From NCBI GenBank assembly GCA_963823035.1, contig CAWGKG010000012.1, forward strand, positions 1 to 64,000: a stretch of DNA of 64,000 bases. The letters are read 5' to 3'. The stretch comes from an uncultured Gemmatimonadales bacterium. Its GTDB lineage: Bacteria > Gemmatimonadota > Gemmatimonadetes > Longimicrobiales > Gaopeijiaceae. The notes under the pieces were generated by a model, which was given only the letters and a program-made list of their open reading frames with translations, did no database searches and was not told the DNA's origin. Below are positions 11,014 to 19,827 of this stretch, one piece after another. A program made the position numbers and the translations under genes. Numbering within the stretch: position 1 is the stretch's first letter; each line of letters begins with the position of its first letter.

Positions 11014-11952
11014 TCAGTTCGACAGCAGGTTGCAGTGGTCGACGATGCAGGCCTTGATCGCCTCCTTGGTGCGCTCGCCATAGCCGCCGTCGACCGGGCC
11101 CGGATCGTAGCCCAGCGCCTGGAGCCTGCTCTGGTACGCAGTGATCGTCGCCTTGCCGCCCAGGGACATCGCCTTCTCGAAGGCTGCCAGCGCATCGTCG
11201 GGGCGATCGACCGCGGCCAGCAGATGGGCATAGGTCGCGTTCGGCCCGACCTTGTCGGGCGCCATGTCGACCGCCTTCTTGGCATCGTCGATACCGTTCT
11301 GCGGGTCACCCTTCAGGTAGTGCGCCCAGGCCCGGTTCATGTAGGCCAGGACGTCGTTGGGCTGGATCTGGAGCGACTGGGTCATGTCGGCGATCCCGCC
11401 GTCGTAGTCCTTCGACATGACCTTGGCCCAGCCACGGTAGTTGAGCGCGACCGCGTTGCCGGGATCGATGCTGAGTGCCTGGCTGTAGTCGGCGATCGCC
11501 GACTGGTAGTCGGCCATCGCGTTCTCGACATTGGCACGGCCGAGATAGGCCGCACCGAGCGTCGGCTGAAGCTCGACCAGCTTGTTGAAGTCGTCCAGCG
11601 CGCCCTGGGCGTCGCCCAGCTCGTAACGTGCCGTGCCGCGCCCGAACAGCGCGCCGGGCTGGTTGGGATCGATCTGGAGCGACTTGTTGAAGTCATCCAT
11701 GGCGTGCTTGGGCGCGCCGAGCGCCGACAGGATGTTGCCGCGGCTGGCCAGCGCCGCCGACATGGTCGCGGGTTCAAGCTGGCCGTTGTCGATGCACTTG
11801 GTGAAGTTGTCGATGGCGTCCTGCGCCTTGCCGGCGCGCCAGGCGTCGCCACCGGCCTTGCACATGCTGGTGTCCTCGGCACGGGCGCCGGTCGCCGCGA
11901 GCAGCAGCATCGGCAGGACAACAAGGACGAGACGGCGGATGGAGGGTTTCAC
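11014..11952 (-). CDS. Exported tetratricopeptide repeat protein with C-terminal peptidoglycan-binding-like domain
   Basis: Signal peptide ending ARA; tandem TPR units (A..D..K.L.I.P); QSRLQALGYDPGPVDGGYGERTKEAI. Confidence 0.85.
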   Translation of the reverse strand: MKPSIRRLVLVVLPMLLLAATGARAEDTSMCKAGGDAWRAGKAQDAIDNFTKCIDNGQLEPATMSAALASRGNILSALGAPKHAMDDFNKSLQIDPNQPGALFGRGTARYELGDAQGALDDFNKLVELQPTLGAAYLGRANVENAMADYQSAIADYSQALSIDPGNAVALNYRGWAKVMSKDYDGGIADMTQSLQIQPNDVLAYMNRAWAHYLKGDPQNGIDDAKKAVDMAPDKVGPNATYAHLLAAVDRPDDALAAFEKAMSLGGKATITAYQSRLQALGYDPGPVDGGYGERTKEAIKACIVDHCNLLSN

Positions 11953-12001
11953 GGCGATCCTCTTGCATGCGGCTGCGGGATGTCCCGCGAACACATAACA
12001 C

Positions 12002-12026
12002 AACGGCAGGCACAAGCGCAGGTTCC
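12002..12026 (-). promoter_or_regulatory. Putative EcfG-type promoter GGAAC-N16-CGTT
   Basis: Exact motif about 50 nt upstream of the TPR gene start. Confidence 0.5.
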
Positions 12027-12043
12027 GCCCGGGCGGAACCTGC
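12018..12043. terminator. 26-bp perfect palindrome, likely terminator of the APC permease gene
   Basis: GCAGGTTCCGCCC|GGGCGGAACCTGC. Confidence 0.55.
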
Positions 12044-12137
12044 CACCTGCCTTCGAATCAACGAGTCTAGAGAGGAAAGCTGACGGGAACATGGCGGGGC
12101 CGACCGTGACGGCCGGCCCCGCCCGAGGCGCTTCCGG

Positions 12138-13739
12138 TCAGGTCCAGAAGACGATGTAGCCCAGGATGCAGCTTCCGATTCCGCCGGCCAAAGCCAGATA
12201 GGGCCGGACTCCGGCCCGTTTGGGCCCAAGCTCCGTCTGGCCGTCGAGCAGCAGGTCCTCGTACATGTGCGTGGGGAACACGCCCTTGTCGACGACGAAG
12301 TGGCGCCAGGCGAAGAACGGCAGCACCAGCGCCGCCGAGACGAAGCCCGCAACCAGCGTGCCCGAGCCCCAGACGTTGGCGCCCGCGCCCAGCAGAAAGG
12401 CGTTGACGTAAGCCAGGCAGGCGCCGAGTGCCAGCAGCCAGGTCGGACAGCGCCAGGGCCGCTTGACCTCCGGGTTGTCGACCCGATGGATCCAGCCGGC
12501 GTTGAGGTTGAGGAAGTTGAAGATCAGGTAGTTGCAGTTCGAGACCGCCAGCACGAACAGGTAGTTCGACATCGCCAGCAGGATCAGGTTGAAGCACAGG
12601 TCGGTCCACATCGCCCGGGTCGGCGCGCCGTGCTCGTTGACGTGGCTGAGGTACTTCGGCAGCCAGCCGTCCTGACCGCCCTGGTTCAGCGTGCGCGACG
12701 ACCCGGCCATGGCGGTGATGATCGCCATGATCAGGCTGAAGAACAGCATCAGAACCAGCAGCTTGGTGATGATCGGCCCGGCGCCTATCATGCTGGCAAG
12801 GGCAAGGCCCATGCCCGAACCGTCTGCGATGCCCGGCTCCAGCATGGCCTGGGTGCCGAGCGTGCCCTGGAAGACGATCGGAATCGTCACGTAGAAGACG
12901 ATGCAGATCAGGCCCGAGGCAATGATCGCCTTGGGCATGTCGCTGCCGGGGTTCTTGAACTCGCTCATGTAGCAGACAGAGGTCTCGAAGGCGTAGGTCG
13001 ACCACGCGGCGATGAACAGGCCGCCCATGAAGAGCAGCGTGCCGGGATTGTCCCAGACGCCCGGAATGACCATGCCGCTGGCGTCGGTGGCGAGCGGCGT
13101 GAACGGCGCGAAGTTGGCCGCTGTGACGTCGCCGTTGAGCAGCGGGATGACGCAGACGATGAACAGCGGCAACAGCGAGGCGACGGTCAGGATCGTCGAG
13201 ATCTGCGCGGTCCGCAGGATGCCGCGGTGCTGGATCGCGAACACGACCAGCATGATTGCCGCACCCAGGAAGAAGGTCGCGTTGATGCGCAGCGACAGGT
13301 CCGGGGAGATGAAGTCGAGGTTGATCAGGGTGATCTGCCAGCTGTTGATCGCCGCATCCGGCGCAAAGAAGATCGACAGCAGGTAGCCCGCGCCCAGCCC
13401 GGCGCCGATCGCCAGCACCGGTGTCCAGGCGAGCCAGTTCGACCACAGCGAGAGCGGAGCCAGGATGCGGCTGTAGCGGATCCACGCGGTCGCGCCGTGA
13501 ACGGCCGTGCCGCCCGTCTTGGACGGGTGCAGGCCGGCGATCTCGGCATAGGTGAAGGCTTGTGCAAAACCGAAGAGAACTGAAATCGTCCAGACCAGCC
13601 AGGCGGGCGCACCGACGGTCGCCGAAATGCCCCCCATGGAAAACAGAACGAGGGCCGGGACGCCGGCTGCGACAAACACGACCTGCAACCAGTTGACGTC
13701 ACGGGCCATCACCCGTCCTTGTGTACCGGTACTTGCCAT
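12138..13739 (-). CDS. APC family amino acid/amine permease
   Basis: Intact ~533-aa multi-TM frame; AAGVPALVLFS, YAEIAGL.P.K.GG, AWSTYAFET, GSSRTL. Confidence 0.9.
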   Translation of the reverse strand: MASTGTQGRVMARDVNWLQVVFVAAGVPALVLFSMGGISATVGAPAWLVWTISVLFGFAQAFTYAEIAGLHPSKTGGTAVHGATAWIRYSRILAPLSLWSNWLAWTPVLAIGAGLGAGYLLSIFFAPDAAINSWQITLINLDFISPDLSLRINATFFLGAAIMLVVFAIQHRGILRTAQISTILTVASLLPLFIVCVIPLLNGDVTAANFAPFTPLATDASGMVIPGVWDNPGTLLFMGGLFIAAWSTYAFETSVCYMSEFKNPGSDMPKAIIASGLICIVFYVTIPIVFQGTLGTQAMLEPGIADGSGMGLALASMIGAGPIITKLLVLMLFFSLIMAIITAMAGSSRTLNQGGQDGWLPKYLSHVNEHGAPTRAMWTDLCFNLILLAMSNYLFVLAVSNCNYLIFNFLNLNAGWIHRVDNPEVKRPWRCPTWLLALGACLAYVNAFLLGAGANVWGSGTLVAGFVSAALVLPFFAWRHFVVDKGVFPTHMYEDLLLDGQTELGPKRAGVRPYLALAGGIGSCILGYIVFWT

Positions 13740-13754
13740 CGTCTCCCCCAGGAT

Positions 13755-13770
13755 GATTGTGCCCACAATC
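13755..13770. promoter_or_regulatory. Palindromic operator-like site
   Basis: GATTGTG-CC-CACAATC, 15 nt upstream of the permease ATG. Confidence 0.45.
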
Positions 13771-14072
13771 GTTACCCGTGCCGTCACGCCAGATGACAGG
13801 ACGGGACACGTGATTAGGCACCAGCCCGGAAAGTCCGCATACCGCCCCATCCGGTGGAGGATCGGCGCAATTGAGGGATGACCATCCCCCGTTTTCGACC
13901 GTCGGCCGGGCGCGCGACGGCGCCGGCGACGAACACAAGCGGTTGATCGCGGCCGCCGGCCGGCGTCCCCTCCTTTCGCCGCCCCGGCATCTCGGCTAGG
14001 GTCGCGGCACCGTCCAACGAGGTTCTGCGGAGAGAACGCCGGCCCCGGCAAACGCCCGGACGGCACGACGCC

Positions 14073-14771
14073 ATGATCATCCCTGCTGTACGACGACACC
14101 GTCTCACCCTCGCAATCCCCGGAGCCGCCCGTCTGCGTCGCACGGGGCTGGTGTTCGCGCTGGTCGCGCTGGCCTGCGGTACGCTCGCCGGCTGCTCGCC
14201 GCAGCACAAATGGACCTCCGACGACATCACCGGTAGCTTTCCCGCGCTCGCCTTCACCATGACGCGGGCCGACGACGGCAAGGCCGTGACGGCGCAGGAC
14301 TACCGCGGCAAGGTCGTGCTGCTCTACTTCGGCTATACGTTCTGCCCGGATGTCTGCCCGACCACCCTGCTCAACGTCAGCGACGTCCTGCACCGGCTCG
14401 GGGCGAAGGCCGATGATGTCCGGGTGCTGTTCGTCACGGTCGACCCGAACCGCGACACGCCCGACGTGCTGAAGCAGTATGTCGACCTCTACGCGCCCCA
14501 GGTCGATGGCCTGCGCGGCACACCCGACGCGCTCGCCGCCCTGGCCAAGCGCTACCGCGTCGCCTATTCGGTGACGCCGGCCAGCGGCGACCAGCCCTAC
14601 GAGGTGTCGCACTCCAGCGCGGTCTATGTGTTCGACGCCAGCGGCGCGGCGCGCCTGGTGGTGACCACGCTGAACACCGACCCGGACATCGACGGCGTCG
14701 CCGCCGACCTCAAGCAGCTCATCGACGGCGCCCACCCGGGCCTGATCCAGCGCATCCTGAGCTGGCTCTGA
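14073..14771 (+). CDS. SCO1/SenC family copper chaperone (lipoprotein-like)
   Basis: FGYTFCPDVCPT, VTVDP.RDTP, Y.VSHS; LAGC lipobox. Confidence 0.92.
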   Translation: MIIPAVRRHRLTLAIPGAARLRRTGLVFALVALACGTLAGCSPQHKWTSDDITGSFPALAFTMTRADDGKAVTAQDYRGKVVLLYFGYTFCPDVCPTTLLNVSDVLHRLGAKADDVRVLFVTVDPNRDTPDVLKQYVDLYAPQVDGLRGTPDALAALAKRYRVAYSVTPASGDQPYEVSHSSAVYVFDASGAARLVVTTLNTDPDIDGVAADLKQLIDGAHPGLIQRILSWL

Positions 14772-14786
14772 CGTCCGGCCGGAAGA

Positions 14787-15276
14787 CTACTCGCCGGTCG
14801 CGCCGCGCACCGGGACGTCGAGGCTGACCGTGCTGCCGTCGTCGAAGGACAGCGTCACCGGGACGCTGGCGCCGACCTTCATGTCCGCCGAGGGCATCAT
14901 GCACATGATGTGATAGCCGCCCGGCGCGAGGCTGACCTCGCCGTGGGCCGGCACGACGATGGCCGGGACCATCTTCATCGAACTCGACGCCGTTCTCGCT
15001 CACCGACTGGTGCAGCATCATGCTGCCGCAGGCCGGCGAGCTCACCCCGGTCAGCGCGACGTCGGCGTCCGAGGCGTTGGCGAGCGTCATGTAGCCGGCC
15101 GCGGGGCGCGACGGAATCAGGAAGCGCATCCAGGCGCCCGTGGCCGTGACCGCCGGCTCGGCGGCGGTCGCAGCGCCGGCCATGCCCGCGAGCGCCAGCC
15201 CGGTGGCGAGCAGCAGGGCGCTACAGCCCCGTCCAGTCCTTCGAGAGTGCGGCAATCCGTGCGGCCCGCGGGTCAT
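14787..15276 (-). CDS. PCu(A)C copper chaperone, one frameshift
   Basis: AW.R...P.RPAAGYMTL.N, LHQS...M, LAPGGYHIM. Confidence 0.88.
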
Positions 15277-16206
15277 CGCTTGTGTCCTTCCTGTCTTCGT
15301 CCCTGCGCATGAAGTTCAACACGACGAGGAGCGCGACGATGCTCATCATCGCCGGCGGAATCCAGATGATGATTCCGCCGATGGCCTGGTCGGTCCGCGC
15401 GCTCATGCTCGGGATCACCCGGCCGCAGAAGTCGTAGTAGGGATAGATGTCGTGGTTGGCGAGCGCGATGACCGCGCCGATCACGATCTGCGGGAACATG
15501 ACCCCCAGCGAGAGCGCCAGGCGACCGCGGTAGGAGACGCGGGCCGGCGGCTTCGGGCGCGGGTCGAGCACCAGCCACCAGAACAGGATGCCGTCGAACA
15601 CCATGCTCCAGTTCATGACCCAGAAGAGATGCGGGTCGAGCATGGCCTTGAAGTGGACCGCCGGCAGCAGCCAGAAGCCGATCAGCCCGACGAAGAGCGT
15701 CGCCGCGATCAGGGGCTGCTGCAGCACGTCCAGCACCAGGCGGATCGGCCGGCGGCGCGCAGCCGGCGCGCCACGGCGTCCGGCATGCCCGCCATGATCG
15801 CCGCGCCGGGTGCGCCCAGAGCGATCAGAAACGGGCCGAGGTGGTGCATCACGACATGCTGGATGCGGTTGAAGAAGAACATGTGCTCGGCGAGGTAGAG
15901 GTAGTGCGTCTGAAGCACGATCCAGACCGCCGCCATGCCGGCGAGGAAAACGCCGATGCGCCAGGCGGGCGGGCGCTGCGCGCGCGGCAGGCGCGCGAGG
16001 CCGCGGAAGAACCACCACAGGGTCAGCCCCGTGCCCAGGAAGGCGGTCCACGAGAACTCCCAGGGCATGACGGCGGGAAGCTGCGCCGGAAAGGTCGCTG
16101 TGAGCCACGCGACGCCGGCGCCCGCGACCACAAGGCCGAGAGCGACCGCAACGTCGGCGCCCGCGCGCCCCGCGGGCAACGCCTGATGTTCCTGACTGAG
16201 GCTCAT
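15221..16206 (-). CDS. Cytochrome c oxidase assembly factor, Caa3_CtaG family, one frameshift
   Basis: YLAEHMFFFNRIQHVVMHHLGPFL, GILFWW, DQAIGGIIIWIP. Confidence 0.85.
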
Positions 16207-16295
16207 GCGATCCGGGTGGGCGTGATCGATCCCTTGACGGTCGATGTCGTGTCTCTTGTTGGCCCTGCTCCGGCGCGACACGGCGGCGGGAGGCG

Positions 16296-16342
16296 GGGCG
16301 ACCTTAGCCGCTGGCGTCGGGTGGCGCCAGCGCAGGTCGCCC
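16296..16342 (-). terminator. Long stem-loop after the desaturase
   Basis: GGGCGACCT...CGCTGGCG / CGCCAGCG...AGGTCGCCC nested inverted repeats. Confidence 0.45.
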
Positions 16343-16347
16343 GACGA

Positions 16348-17439
16348 TCACGCCAACTGGCGCTGCAACCGGGCGCCGCGGAACGTCACCATGCGTTGGC
16401 GCTGTTCGTCCCACAGCACGTAGAACATCGCCTTGAAGGCCGATCCCAAGGTCATGACGGGCACGTCGTTCAGGACATCGACGGCGTCGTGGCATTGCTG
16501 CAGGCGGTAGTTCGGGATCCTCGGATTGAGGTGATGCACGTGGTGCAGGCCGATATTGCCGGTGAACCACTGCAGCACCGGGGTCAGGCGCAGGTAGTTC
16601 GAGCCTTCGAGCGACGCGCTCAAGGGCGGTCCAGTCGCTCTGGCGCGCCCACACCGTGTGATCGGAGCGGTGCTGCACCGTGAACAGCCAGACGCCGATG
16701 ATCGAGGCCAGCGCCATGACCGGCAGCTGAACCGCGGCGACGCGGTCGAAGCCGACGATCAGGCCGAGCCCGACGACCAGGGCGACCAGCGCGACATTGG
16801 TCGCATAGACGCCAAGCCGCTCCCGGCGCCAGCGCGCCGGCATGTCGAACGGGAACCGGTAGAGCACCAGGAACACCAGCGGCGGCAAGATGATGTTGGC
16901 GACGATGGGGTTGCGGGTGATCCGGTACCAGCGCCGCTGCCACGGGCTGAGCGCGCGGTATTCGTCGACCGTCAGGCAGGAGGAATAGATGTCGGCGCCG
17001 GTGTCGCGCGGTCGAGGTTGTTCCAGACGCCGTGATGGCCGGCATGCTGGCGCCGCCACGACAGATAGGGCGCCAGCGTCAGCAGGCTGCACGCAAAGCC
17101 CAGCGCGTCGTTCCGGCGGCGCGAGCGGAAGAAGGCGCCATGGCCGCAATCGTGCTGGATGATGAAGGTCCGCACCAGAAGGCCGGCGGCGAGCGGCGCC
17201 AGCGCCAGCGCGATCCAGTAGGAAAAGTCCGCGAGCACGTACATGAGCGCGCAAACGGCGAGATAACCGCCGATCGAGGTCAGCGTCTGGGCGAGACTGC
17301 TGTGGAGAAGCGGTGTCTGGAACGGCGCGATCCGGCGCCTGAGGTCGCGCCCCGTGGCGTCGTCGTCGACAGGATCGGAGGTCGCGGTCGCGTCGTGTGT
17401 ATTCGTCAAGGCCATTGCTGTCGTCGCATCCGTGCGCAT
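16348..17439 (-). CDS. Membrane fatty acid desaturase (Des-like), frameshifted
   Basis: His boxes QHDCGH, QHAGHH, LHHVHH; IPNYRL; WLFTVQH. Confidence 0.92.
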
Positions 17440-17792
17440 CGGGGAAGAGCCCTGTGGCGTGTCGATGCACACGACGACCGCGCAGGACAAGAGATGGTCA
17501 TGGCTCAAGGGAGCCCGCCCGTTGCCGACCGCAGGCCATGGCCCGCGGTCCGCGTCATCAGGCAACACGTCGGCGGAGGAGCGACCGTTGCCGCACCTTC
17601 CGGACATGGCGATACCCCGGACGGACGGTCCGGTATCCCGCCGCTCACCGACGTCTGTGTGAGATCAGCCCCCGCCCACCCTTCGGGGGCGAGCCTCGAT
17701 ATGTCAGCGGCACCACCGCGACCCGCCCACATATGGTACGTCGGGAGGCCGAATGAAAGGCATGTCCTGCGCATTTCGAGTCCGCCGCGGGA

Positions 17793-18449
17793 TCAGGCCC
17801 GGGCACCCGTGAGGACCCGGAACACCGCGATGTAGTGGCAGGCCGCCGCACAGAGCACCAGCGCATGCCAGATGGCGTTGTGGTACGGCAGGCGTCGCCA
17901 CAGGTGAAACGCGACACCGGCGGTATAGAGCACTCCGCCCGCCGCCAGCAGGACCAGCGCCGTCGCCGGCAGGGTCGCGACCAGGCTGCGCGCCGCCGCC
18001 ACGCCGGCCCAGCCCAGACCGAGGTAGAGCAGCACCGAGGCGCCGTCGAAGCGGCGCGGCCAGGCGATCTTGAGCACGACGCCCAGCATGGCGACGAGCC
18101 AGACCCCGGCCATCAGCTGCTCGCCCAGCGACCCGCCCAGCCCGACCGCCGCGAAGGGCGTGTAGGTGCCCGCGATCAAGAGGAAGATCGAGGCGTGGTC
18201 GAGCTTGCGCAGGTGCTCCTTGCGCTCCGGCTGCCGGGCGAGGTGATAGGCCGCCGAGGCGCCGAGCGCGGCGACCAGCGTGGCGCCATAGACCGTGGCG
18301 ACCAGCGCGGTGCGCAGGCCGCCGGACGACGCGACGGCGACCAGCAGGCCGGGCGCGGCAACCAGCGAGGCAACGACGCCGACGACATGGACGACACCGT
18401 CGCAGCGCCGTTCGCCGAAGGAGTAGTCGGGGAAATGGTGCCCGGTCAT
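17793..18449 (-). CDS. Haemolysin III / PAQR (TrhA/YqfA-like) membrane protein
   Basis: ERRCD..VH, SAAYH, LRKLDHASIFLLIAGTYTPF, LYLGLGW, HNAIWHALV. Confidence 0.9.
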   Translation of the reverse strand: MTGHHFPDYSFGERRCDGVVHVVGVVASLVAAPGLLVAVASSGGLRTALVATVYGATLVAALGASAAYHLARQPERKEHLRKLDHASIFLLIAGTYTPFAAVGLGGSLGEQLMAGVWLVAMLGVVLKIAWPRRFDGASVLLYLGLGWAGVAAARSLVATLPATALVLLAAGGVLYTAGVAFHLWRRLPYHNAIWHALVLCAAACHYIAVFRVLTGARA

Positions 18450-18688
18450 CACCGGCCCAGCATAGAGCGGCGCGGACGCAGCCGCACCGTCGGCGGCGAC
18501 ACGCGGTTGTCGGGACGCGATGCTGGCGAGGACATGGCGCCCCGACAGGGACTCCGCCGTTGGCACCCGATGTTGCCGACGACATTCCAGTTCCAGACCG
18601 GATCGCGACGGCGGCTCGATTTGCTTCGCAATGGCCAATCCATGGCACCCGAATGACGCGAGCGGCGGCCGTGCCCCTTGCGTCACTC

Positions 18689-19271
18689 TCAAAGCAGCGC
18701 CTCGAGTCAGATGCTGGCGCGCGCGGAACAGCCGGCTTCGCACCGTACCGAGGGCACAGCCGCTTTGGGCCGCGATCTCCAGATGACTGCTGCCATGGAC
18801 CAGGATCGATGTGAAGATCGCGGAATCGGTCGATGGAAGGCGGTCCATTGCCGTCAGGACCTCAGCGAGGGCGACATGATCCTCCTGGTTGGCCGCGACC
18901 GGAACGTTGTCCTTCCAGCCTTCGTCGAGCCCGACCTGCTCACGCCGGGTCTTGCGGATATGGCTGATGTGGGCATTGCGCAGGATTGTGAAGAGCCATG
19001 CGGTAAGATTTGTCCCCGGGGTGAAACGATCGCGATTGGCCCAGGCCCGGAGCAGCGTTTCCTGCACCAGGTCGTCGGCCAGATCGTCGTGCCCCCGGGC
19101 GCGACGCCGGGCGAACCTTCCCAGGGCCGCCGCCTGGGCCATCATGTCCTCGGAAAAGCGATGCCAGTCCTGATTCTCCTCGGTGTCATCGCGACCCGAA
19201 GCAACCCCGTGAAGCGGTTGTCCAGCCTTGTCGAACCGGGCCACGGCGCCTGTCGCGTTGGTGCCGTTCAT
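18689..19271 (-). CDS. ECF sigma factor, EcfG (ECF15)-like
   Basis: ADDLVQETLLRAWANRDRFTPGTNLTAWLFTILRN and GCALGTVRSRLFRAR; removing one base gives a natural end QHLLEALL-stop at 18689. Confidence 0.85.
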
Positions 19272-19438
19272 ATCCGCCTCGCCAGGAACAGGACGACGAT
19301 GGAGGAGAACGCGACGGCAATCGTCGCGCTGGGAAGGTAGTCCCACAAACCCAGACCATGGTGCCAGGTCGGCCATACCGCAATCAGGGCCAATGCGAGC
19401 AGTGTAAGCGACAGGGTGCGCATGTTCATGGCGCGGCC

Positions 19439-19643
19439 CTAGTGCCCGCGGTCGGCGGGCGGCGTCTTCAGGGTAAGGAGGATGTCGACCGGCGATTTCG
19501 TCATGGCGGTCCGCGAAACGCGCGTACACCTGCCCCACATCCTGCAAGGTCGCGTTATCGGAAAGTTCCATGGCCACTTCGCCATCGTCGAAGCGGAGCC
19601 TCAGGACGCTGCGATCCGCCATGGCATCTTCGTAGGTGCGCAT
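19439..19643 (-). CDS. Small hypothetical protein (~67 aa) upstream of the sigma, probably one frameshift
   Basis: GGAGG SD; MRTYEDAMADRSVLRLRFDDG...ATLQDVG; alternative frame ends KSPVDILLTLKTPPADRGH-stop. Confidence 0.5.
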
Positions 19644-19827
19644 TTCATCCTCCAAGTTCCGACTGCTGGAGGAACATGCCAGCTGCGATCCATCTCATCC
19701 CTCAGTTGTTGCTGAGGACTCTGCAAGTTTCCCAACAGTCATGAGAAAGATTAGGCAGCATCGTGATAGGCCGACAGGATCGGAATTTACTTATCCGACA
19801 CAAGCGCATGAGTGGTGCCGGGACCGG

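Noticed and set aside
13962..13970. GGCGTCCCC matching the tRNA-Glu 3' end as a possible att duplication
   Set aside because: Only 9 bp in GC-rich DNA; expected by chance
12138..14735. 865-aa ORF as an extended permease
   Set aside because: The N-terminal part is antisense to the SCO gene and intergenic DNA; the likely start is 13739
18449..18643. 64-aa ORF whose stop overlaps the PAQR start
   Set aside because: No SD or recognisable motif and atypical composition; insufficient support
17793..19655. 620-aa ORF appearing to fuse a small protein, an ECF sigma and a PAQR membrane domain
   Set aside because: Single-base corrections give natural stops (ADRGH-stop at 19439; QHLLEALL-stop at 18689) and the linkers look non-coding; most likely an indel artefact, though raw reads should confirm
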